From Clostridia bacterium (lineage in GTDB: Bacteria; Bacillota; Clostridia; Christensenellales; CAG-138): a stretch of DNA of 64,000 nucleotides. The DNA is taken from positions 8,164 through 72,163 of the forward strand of contig JAVVVD010000006.1 of assembly GCA_036652795.1 (NCBI GenBank). The letters run 5' to 3'. Each line of letters opens with the position of its first letter. Position 1 is the stretch's first letter. The notes beneath the pieces were generated by a model. The model was not told the DNA's origin. It ran no database searches and saw nothing but the letters and a program-made list of their open reading frames with translations. Both the position numbers and the translations under genes were made by a program. Of this stretch, positions 56,283 through 64,000 are shown piece by piece.

Positions 56283-57398
56283 ATGAAGGATGCAAGGATA
56301 GAAAAGCTGGCAAAGAACCTGATCAATTTTTCGTGCAGGATGCAAAGAGACGAAAATATTCTTATCGAGAGCTATGGCGATTGCAACATGCTGGTAAAGG
56401 CGCTTGTACGCGAGGCGTATGCGGTAGGTGCTAACCCGTTTGTGTGGCTGCGCAGCACCGAAGTCAACCGCGAAGTGCACAGAGGCGCGAATGCGCAGCA
56501 GCTTGAGCTGATGTCAAAGGTGGATTGTGCGCTTATGGAAAACATGCAAGCCTATATAGGTGTGCGCGGCGGCTTAAACAGTGCTGAAATGAGCGATGTG
56601 CCGGAGGATAGAATTGCATTGGTAGGCAACAGATATTCAGAACCTCTGCACGGCAAGATACGTATACCGGGCACAAAATGGTGCGTTATGCGCTATCCAA
56701 CGCCAGGCATGGCTCAGCAGGCCGGCATGAGCACTGAGGCGTTTGAGGATTACTATTTTGATGTATGCTGCCTTGATTATTCAAAGATGAACAAGGCGAT
56801 GGATGCGCTGGTAGAGCTTATGCAGCGCACGGATAAGGTGCGCCTTACTGGAACAAACACGGATATTGAGTTTTCGATAAAGGGATTGCCGGCGATAAAG
56901 TGCGCAGGCGAAATGAATATACCTGATGGCGAGGTATTTACAGCGCCAGTGGACGGCAGCATCAATGGAAGAATAAACTATAATACCCCTTCATTGTTCG
57001 AGGGCTTTACGTATGAAAATATAACGCTTACCTATAAAAACGGCAGGCTTGTGGATGCGATGGCAAACGATACACAGCGTGTGCGCAAGGTGTTTGAGCG
57101 GGACGCGGGTGCAAAGGGCGTCGGCGAATTCGCCATAGGCGTTAATCCGTATATCACAAAGCCGATGAAGGATACGCTGTTCGATGAAAAGATAGCCGGA
57201 AGCTTTCACTTTACGCCAGGCTGCTGCTATGATGAATGCGATAATGGAAATAAGAGCGATATCCACTGGGATTTGGTATTCATACAGACCCCTGAATATG
57301 GCGGAGGCGAAATGTACTTCGACGGCAAGCTTGTACGTAAGGACGGATTATTTGTGCTGCCTGAGCTGTATTGCCTGAATCCAGAGAGTCTTAAATAA
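56283..57398 (+). CDS. M29 family aminopeptidase (AmpS/PepS-like)
   Basis: MKDARIEKLAKNLINFS..., NIPDGEVFTAP and HFTPG motifs. GGGGG lies upstream of the ATG at 56283. Confidence 0.8.
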   Translation: MKDARIEKLAKNLINFSCRMQRDENILIESYGDCNMLVKALVREAYAVGANPFVWLRSTEVNREVHRGANAQQLELMSKVDCALMENMQAYIGVRGGLNSAEMSDVPEDRIALVGNRYSEPLHGKIRIPGTKWCVMRYPTPGMAQQAGMSTEAFEDYYFDVCCLDYSKMNKAMDALVELMQRTDKVRLTGTNTDIEFSIKGLPAIKCAGEMNIPDGEVFTAPVDGSINGRINYNTPSLFEGFTYENITLTYKNGRLVDAMANDTQRVRKVFERDAGAKGVGEFAIGVNPYITKPMKDTLFDEKIAGSFHFTPGCCYDECDNGNKSDIHWDLVFIQTPEYGGGEMYFDGKLVRKDGLFVLPELYCLNPESLK

Positions 57399-58424
57399 AT
57401 GCCAAATGAACTGGATAGAATAATTGAGCGACACAAACAGCGTTATCCTGCCATGCAGCCACAAGATCTGGTAAAGTTGATATACCAGAACGAATTGGGC
57501 GGCGGGCATATGATAACTGATGGTTGCGCCGCTCTTTCTCAACTGATTGAAGAATGCAGCGATTTGGCGCCGGAATATGGCGAGCAGTTCGAAGATATAG
57601 GCAATGGGCATATGCGTCTGCATCTTCGTCCTGCGCTTGCTAGCGGCGTTGCCATGACCACGCTTTGCACTATGTTTATGGCAAGCGCGGTACGGCAGCG
57701 CGGCAGCATGAAGGCACTTGTGCGCAAGTTGAATACACTGCCAGAAAGCAGCTATGTTAAAAGTTATATAAACGACGGTTGCAATATGGTAAGTCACAGT
57801 AAGAAATATAGCGATGCGTATAAACCGGCTTATCGTGTGGTGGATTCTGCATATTCGATAATTTTTCAGCTGCTGTGCCGCATAGACACACTGCTGTGCG
57901 TTAAACCAACGGTTACGGTTGTGATCGACGGACATAGTGCCGCGGGCAAAAGCAGCCTTGGATCCCTGCTGGCTGGCTTGTATCCGTGCCGCCTGATGCA
58001 CATGGACGATTTTTTTCTGCCTATGGCAAAACGAACAGCCGCCCGCCTTTCACAGCCGGGTGGTAATGTGGATTATGAGCGTTTTAAAAACGAGGTGGTG
58101 GACAACCTGTCTAGCAGCATTGCCTACCGCCGCTATGACTGCGAAAAAGACGTTATGAAAAGGATTGTGATGAAGCCTACTCGCATATTAAACGTGATAG
58201 AAGGGGCATATAGTATGCACCCGTATTTTGGCGATTATTGCGATGTGGCAGTATTTATGGACGTTGATGCCGGCAAACAGCGCGCACGGATACTTGCGCG
58301 CAACGGCGAACGCATGCAACAAAGGTATATTGATGAATGGATACCAATGGAGCATACCTACCTGGATACGTTCAATATAGCGTCAAAATGTGATTTTGAA
58401 TATAAGTTTTCCTTATATATATAG
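57399..58424 (+). CDS. Uridine kinase-like P-loop protein with an unassigned ~170-aa N-terminal domain
   Basis: The C-terminal half has DGHSAAGKSSL (Walker A), MDDFF and VIEGAY, as in the PRK/uridine kinase family. The ATG immediately follows the upstream stop (TAAATG). Confidence 0.5.
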   Translation: MPNELDRIIERHKQRYPAMQPQDLVKLIYQNELGGGHMITDGCAALSQLIEECSDLAPEYGEQFEDIGNGHMRLHLRPALASGVAMTTLCTMFMASAVRQRGSMKALVRKLNTLPESSYVKSYINDGCNMVSHSKKYSDAYKPAYRVVDSAYSIIFQLLCRIDTLLCVKPTVTVVIDGHSAAGKSSLGSLLAGLYPCRLMHMDDFFLPMAKRTAARLSQPGGNVDYERFKNEVVDNLSSSIAYRRYDCEKDVMKRIVMKPTRILNVIEGAYSMHPYFGDYCDVAVFMDVDAGKQRARILARNGERMQQRYIDEWIPMEHTYLDTFNIASKCDFEYKFSLYI

Positions 58425-58462
58425 CCTGTGACCTCACAATATCAAAAGAAACGAAAAAAATA

Positions 58463-58491
58463 TTGCATAATGAGACTGAAAGGGATAATAT
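58463..58491 (+). promoter_or_regulatory. Candidate promoter of gap copy 1
   Basis: TTGCAT, 17 nt, TAATAT. Confidence 0.4.
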
Positions 58492-58545
58492 TATTACAGA
58501 TTTGATGTGCGAAATCTCGGCGTTCAGCCTTGATTATATTATTAA

Positions 58546-59583
<1,038 letters not shown>

Positions 59584-59614
59584 TAAAAGCAATAAAAGAA
59601 TAATCCAAAGCAAT

Positions 59615-59668
59615 ATACCCCCCTCCTTTGCGCGAAAATGCGCTAAGCGAGGGGGTATCTTATTTCTG
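59615..59668 (+). terminator. Terminator between the two gap genes
   Basis: atacccccctc ... gcgc-gaaaat-gcgc ... gagggggtat, followed by cttatttc. Confidence 0.65.
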
Positions 59669-59786
59669 CGTTAAATGTATACATTATAAATAATGATTTA
59701 ATTAGCATAATAAATTTAATTTGAGAACGATTTTGCGCCTACATAACTGAATTCATTCATTGCTTGATGGCTATAAGAAAAGTATA

Positions 59787-59816
59787 TTGGACTTTATATG
59801 CTACCTTTAATATAAT
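59787..59816 (+). promoter_or_regulatory. Candidate promoter of gap copy 2
   Basis: TTGGAC, 18 nt, TATAAT, about 68 nt before the ATG. The leader contains the hairpin gtgctt-gtgacaa-aagcac. Confidence 0.45.
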
Positions 59817-59884
59817 TACAACTTGGGAAGTGTGCTTGTGACAAAAGCACAAATTATGAGAATTTGTATTGGAGGGTGGAGAAG

Positions 59885-60904
59885 ATGGCTATTAAAATCG
59901 GGATCAACGGATTCGGGAGGATCGGAAGATCTGTATTGCGCATTGCCGCGGAGCAGCCGGAGAAATTCGACATATGCGGAATAAACCTGCGCAAGGCGGA
60001 TATCCCGTACATGGTCTACCTAATGAAGTATGATTCCGTGTTTGGCAGGTTCAATGGAACGATTTCGGAATTGCCGGATGGAATTTGCATCAACGGAAAA
60101 GATGTAAAGGTGTTTAGCGAATCCGTAGCGGCGGATATCCGGTGGGATAAATGCGGAGCGGAATACATAGTGGAATCAACAGGCGCATTTAACACCACAG
60201 AACTGTCAAAATCCCATTTGCTCAACGGCGCAAAAAAGGTGGTGCTCACAGCACCGGCACATGACGATGTTACGCCAACATATGTTATGGGCGTAAACCA
60301 TATGCAATATAAGTCCTGCTATGATGTAGTGTCAAACGCATCATGCACAACCAACTGCCTTGCCCCACTTGTTAAGGTGGTGCATGAGAGCTTTGGTATA
60401 GAACAGGGGCTTATGACAACGATACATTCCGCAACAGCAAAACAGAAGCCGGTTGACGCACGTGCAGGCCGCGATTATCGCACCGGGCGCTCGGTATTCA
60501 ATAATATAATTCCATCTACAACAGGCGCGGCAAAGGCTTGTACGCTTGTTATACCCGAGCTTGCTGGCAGACTCACAGGAATGTCGTTCCGGGTGCCAAC
60601 AAACAATGTTTCAGTAACCGACTTAACGGCAAAGCTGGCCTGCCATACTACATATGCTGAAGTCTGCAAAGCCGTTAAGGCGGCCTCTGAGGGCAGCATG
60701 AAGGGCATAATAGCCTATACTAACGATGATGTGGTATCGTCAGATATGCGCGGGGAAATGCACACCTGCATATTTGATGAAAAGGCCGGCATCATGCAAA
60801 ATGGTGATTTTGTTAAGCTGATCGCCTGGTATGATAACGAATGGGGCTATTCCAACAAGGTGCTGGATCTTGTAAGCCACATGGCTCAGGTGGACGCAAA
60901 GTAA
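59885..60904 (+). CDS. Type I GAPDH paralog lacking NAD-specificity residues (possibly NADP-accepting)
   Basis: [16 protein letters not shown] (no Asp), [10 protein letters not shown]-loop DARAGRDYRTGR (no Pro) and WYDNEWGYS. GGAGGGTGGAG lies upstream of the ATG at 59885. Confidence 0.9.
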   Translation: MAIKIGINGFGRIGRSVLRIAAEQPEKFDICGINLRKADIPYMVYLMKYDSVFGRFNGTISELPDGICINGKDVKVFSESVAADIRWDKCGAEYIVESTGAFNTTELSKSHLLNGAKKVVLTAPAHDDVTPTYVMGVNHMQYKSCYDVVSNASCTTNCLAPLVKVVHESFGIEQGLMTTIHSATAKQKPVDARAGRDYRTGRSVFNNIIPSTTGAAKACTLVIPELAGRLTGMSFRVPTNNVSVTDLTAKLACHTTYAEVCKAVKAASEGSMKGIIAYTNDDVVSSDMRGEMHTCIFDEKAGIMQNGDFVKLIAWYDNEWGYSNKVLDLVSHMAQVDAK

Positions 60905-60949
60905 AATATCGCAACGCACAAGATTACTTTTAATTATCTCAATAGAATA

Positions 60950-60990
60950 CATAGGCCGTCTGCATAATGATGCGGACGGCCTATGCTTTA
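60950..60990. terminator. Terminator between convergent gap2 and the MATE gene
   Basis: cataggccgtc-tgcataatgatgcg-gacggcctatg, followed by ctttat. Confidence 0.7.
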
Positions 60991-60995
60991 TAGCG

Positions 60996-62369
60996 TCAAG
61001 CAACTTGAAGCGGAATGATCCTTCGCCTGAATGAGCGTACAAGCAATAGTGCCGATATGGCAAGCGAAGCAAACTCGGCAAGAGGGTAGGCGTACCATAC
61101 CGCGGTAAGCCCATATGCCATAGCAAGTATATACGCGAGTGGCAGTATGACAATCAACTGACGGCAGACAGAAACGATAAGGCTGTATACACCGTCGCCG
61201 ATGGCGGAAAAGAACGTACCCGCCATTATGCATAGCGCGGCTGAGGGGAAGCACAGGCTAATTATGCGCAGTGCAGGGATACCTATCGAAAGCATACTTT
61301 CGGAGGCGTCAAACATGGCAAGCAGTTGGGGTGCGAATATCTCGAATACCGCCATACCAACAACCATTATTATGAGAGCATATAGTGCGCCAAGCTTGAA
61401 TGCATGGAGCAAGCGCTGCTTGTTTTTTGCACCAAAGTTATAACCGATTATTGGCATAGTGCCACTGTTGAGGCCAAACACCGGCATAAACACAAAGGAT
61501 TGCAGCTTGAAATACACGCCGAGCACGCTGACGGCTGTGGGTGTAAATAGTATTAGTATTTTGTTCATGCCGAAGGTGCATATGGAGCCTATTGCCTGCA
61601 TTATTATTGATGGAAGGCCAACTGCATATATCTGCTTTATTGTGCCGCCATGCGGACGGAAGCCTTTAAGTGTAATATGCAGCAGCTTATTGCGACTGTA
61701 GACAAAGTATACGCTAAGCAGCATACCTACAAACTGGCCGCCTACCGTGGCGATGGCTGCGCCCGCAACACCCAGCGCAGGGAAGCCGAGCAGGCCAAAT
61801 ATCAATATAGGGTCAAATATGATGTTGATAATTGCGCCAACAAATTGAATTATCATGGGATAAACGGTATTGCCTGTTCCCTGCAATGTTTTTTCGTTCA
61901 TTACCTGAAATATGCAGAATATACTGAATGTGCCGCATATAAACAGATAGGATGTTGCGTAATCAAGTATGCTTGCTTTATCTACAAACAGCTCCATAAG
62001 CGGACGCGAGAAAAAACCGAATATAACCATGAAAACTAGCGAGCTTAACAGCGCGAGAAACTGTCCGTTTGCGGCGGCGTCGTTTGCGCCGGTTTGATCT
62101 TTTTCGCCAAGGCGGCGGGCAACAAGCGAGCTTACGCCTATGCCTGTGCCTACGGCCACAGCTATTACAAGCATCTGAAATGGAAATACAAGCGATACGG
62201 CGGTAAGTGCGTCCTCGCTGATTCGGGATACGAATATGCTGTCTACCACGTTATATAGTGCCAACATAAGCATCGACGCCATCATCGGCAGTGACATAGA
62301 GATTATAAGCTTACTGATGGGCTGAGTTCCCATTTTATTTTCTTTTATGTCTGTTGTCCTTTGGTCCAT
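60996..62369 (-). CDS. MATE family efflux transporter
   Basis: 12-TM protein with the typical N-terminus (KMGTQPISKLIISMSLPMMASML) and internal duplication. Confidence 0.85.
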   Translation of the reverse strand: MDQRTTDIKENKMGTQPISKLIISMSLPMMASMLMLALYNVVDSIFVSRISEDALTAVSLVFPFQMLVIAVAVGTGIGVSSLVARRLGEKDQTGANDAAANGQFLALLSSLVFMVIFGFFSRPLMELFVDKASILDYATSYLFICGTFSIFCIFQVMNEKTLQGTGNTVYPMIIQFVGAIINIIFDPILIFGLLGFPALGVAGAAIATVGGQFVGMLLSVYFVYSRNKLLHITLKGFRPHGGTIKQIYAVGLPSIIMQAIGSICTFGMNKILILFTPTAVSVLGVYFKLQSFVFMPVFGLNSGTMPIIGYNFGAKNKQRLLHAFKLGALYALIIMVVGMAVFEIFAPQLLAMFDASESMLSIGIPALRIISLCFPSAALCIMAGTFFSAIGDGVYSLIVSVCRQLIVILPLAYILAMAYGLTAVWYAYPLAEFASLAISALLLVRSFRRRIIPLQVA

Positions 62370-62584
62370 AAATAATCATTATCCAATCAATACTATTTTT
62401 TAAAATATAACAGCGCAACAAGCCATTATAGCGCTTATAATAGCGGCTATTCTATACCTGTGCCAAGCTAAAAGTTTAAGCGTAGACAACTCTACGCCTG
62501 CATTTTTTGCTTAACGGGAAAACAAACAGCTCGCGCATATAAATGCATTAATGGCTTAGGTTAGCATAAAGCCTATTATAACAC

Positions 62585-62614
62585 AAAAAAGACCCCGCAA
62601 GGGGTCTTTTTTTG
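62585..62614 (-). terminator. Terminator downstream of ferredoxin
   Basis: aaaaaa-gacccc-gcaa-ggggtc-ttttttt; symmetric, so potentially bidirectional. Confidence 0.8.
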
Positions 62615-62623
62615 TTTAAAAGC

Positions 62624-62794
62624 TTATTCCGCATGGGGAGCGCCAACGGGGCAGGTGGCCTCGCAAGCACCGCAGTCGATGCAGGTAGCGGGATCGATGA
62701 CGTAGCGGTCATCACCCTGTGAAATAGCGCTAACGGGGCAATCAGCCTCGCAGGCACCGCAGCTGATGCACTGATCTGATATTACATATGCCAT
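62624..62794 (-). CDS. 2x[4Fe-4S] clostridial-type ferredoxin (56 aa)
   Basis: MAYVISDQCISCGACEADCP...CIDCGACEATCP. GGAGG lies 8 nt before the ATG at 62794. Confidence 0.9.
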   Translation of the reverse strand: MAYVISDQCISCGACEADCPVSAISQGDDRYVIDPATCIDCGACEATCPVGAPHAE

Positions 62795-62885
62795 TTGTTT
62801 AACCTCCATGTGTGTTATGTTGTGTATTATAACATGATTTTGAAAAAAATCAACCATATTTACCTAGGAACATAAGCGCTATCCG

Positions 62886-63863
62886 TTATACCAAATCCGT
62901 TGGGATGTCATCCTCGAGAGGCAGTTGAGTGCTATCAACATCCTGATCCTGCTGTTGCTCATATGCCGGATCTTCCGAGAAATCCGCTTTTTCCTGCGTA
63001 GGGTACTGCACCGCAGGCGGCACAGGGCCTGTGGGTTGCATACCAAAACGCTTGCCGTTTACAGATAGCTCACGGAAAGGATATCCGCGAACATCCAGCG
63101 TACCATCTGGCAGCATCAGCTTGATGCGAGTGCGCTCAGTTATAACATTGTTTTCAAGCACCACACCCTCGCCATCAGGCGATTGTACATCGCGGCCAAC
63201 ACGCGGCATTTGCTTGCGCATGGATTCGTAGCAGTCTTGTTCATATTTGAGGCAACACATCAATCTGCCACATATGCCTGATATCTTGGTAGGGGATAGG
63301 GATAGATTTTGCTCCTTAGCCATCTTAATGGATACAGGTTGAAAGTCTGCGAGGAACGCCTGGCAGCAGACGGGCCTGCCACAGGAGCCAAGCCCCCCCA
63401 GCATTTTAGCTTCATCGCGCACGCCTATTTGGCGCAGTTCTATGCGGGTTTTAAATACGGATGCAAGGTCTTTGACAAGCTCGCGAAAATCCACACGTCC
63501 ATCCGCAGTAAAGTAAAACACCACTTTGCTGCCATTGAAGGTATATTCCACATCTACAAGCTTCATATCCAGCTTGTGCGAGGTGATTTTGTCCATGCAG
63601 ATATCATAGGCTTCTTTTTCTTTTGCCCGGTTGCGCTCGCGTGTTTCACGGTCGGTTTGGTCGGCCACGCGTTCCACGCGCTTTAGTGCAGCCACAACCT
63701 GAACGTCATCCACCTCGTGCGCCCCTTGCACAACATCTGCAAATTCAACGCCGCGCGCAGTTTCAACGATAACGCCGTCGCCCGTCTGTATATCAAGTTC
63801 GCCCGGATCAAAGTAGTATACTTTGCCGCCATCCTTGAATTTTACACTTATCACTGTTTTCAT
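62886..63863 (-). CDS. ricT: PSP1-domain protein YaaT/RicT with acidic/Gln-rich C-terminal extension
   Basis: MKTVISVKFKDGGKVYYFDPG..., and a Cys-rich core CGRPVCCQAFL...GICGRLMCCLKYE. Confidence 0.85.
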   Translation of the reverse strand: MKTVISVKFKDGGKVYYFDPGELDIQTGDGVIVETARGVEFADVVQGAHEVDDVQVVAALKRVERVADQTDRETRERNRAKEKEAYDICMDKITSHKLDMKLVDVEYTFNGSKVVFYFTADGRVDFRELVKDLASVFKTRIELRQIGVRDEAKMLGGLGSCGRPVCCQAFLADFQPVSIKMAKEQNLSLSPTKISGICGRLMCCLKYEQDCYESMRKQMPRVGRDVQSPDGEGVVLENNVITERTRIKLMLPDGTLDVRGYPFRELSVNGKRFGMQPTGPVPPAVQYPTQEKADFSEDPAYEQQQDQDVDSTQLPLEDDIPTDLV

Positions 63864-64000
63864 CTATGTTATAGCCTCCGATATTTGTGTGAACAGCCTG
63901 TCCAGCGAAGCGCCTGCAAGCTGGGATGTTCCAAGCCGCTCCAAAGCGCCCGTTAATAATACTATGATACAGCCCAATTCACCGCTTGTAAAGCGCGCGC
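63864..64000 (-). CDS. 3' end of an upstream gene, possibly DNA polymerase III delta' (holB) by synteny
   Basis: The frame is open from the window edge to TAG at 63864-63866 (...LERLGTSQLAGASLDRLFTQISEAIT*), abutting the yaaT ATG. holB-yaaT is the common Firmicute order. The sequence is too short to confirm. Confidence 0.3.
   Translation of the reverse strand, partial: ARFTSGELGCIIVLLTGALERLGTSQLAGASLDRLFTQISEAIT

Overview
This 64-kb chromosomal segment looks like a Bacillota (Clostridia-type) genome. Supporting signs: GGAGG Shine-Dalgarno sites before most genes, a long Bacillus/Clostridium-type SRP RNA with an Alu domain, and tilS-hpt, yaaT/ricT, yhaM, DUF1292 and UPF0316 genes. I call about 55 protein genes, 1 ncRNA, and a set of hairpin terminators and sigma-A-like promoters. 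Most of the content is housekeeping: purine salvage (hpt x2, xpt, guaA), clpB, copA, a Ca-type P-type ATPase, nadE, ychF, fba, two gap genes, an aconitase-family protein, tilS, a MATE pump and ferredoxin. The stand-out is a 12.6-kb Gram-positive type IV pilus locus (about 23.2-35.8 kb). It runs pilC-pilM-pilN-pilO-pilB-pilA, then four more pilin-like genes, then a convergent pilD. The second pilin gene encodes a 1623-aa protein. It starts with a textbook prepilin signal, continues into about 28 GLUG-type GGIxG repeats, and ends in a 30-bp-unit tandem repeat. I read it as a giant modular pilin or pilus-displayed adhesin. Other points worth a second look:
- a wall-anchored protein built only of repeats (HDDD/YDDD tract, 10 x KPTCTP, 5 x [19 protein letters not shown] sorting signal)
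- a divergent promoter pair that shares one palindromic -35 hexamer and appears to give leaderless mRNAs for copA and a queG-like gene
- tandem, separately transcribed GAPDH paralogs, one lacking the NAD-specificity residues
- an xpt-guaA leader of about 250-300 nt with no canonical purine riboswitch core
I saw no rRNA, tRNA, CRISPR, transposase, integrase or phage genes. All protein family calls come from reading motifs by eye. No searches were run.
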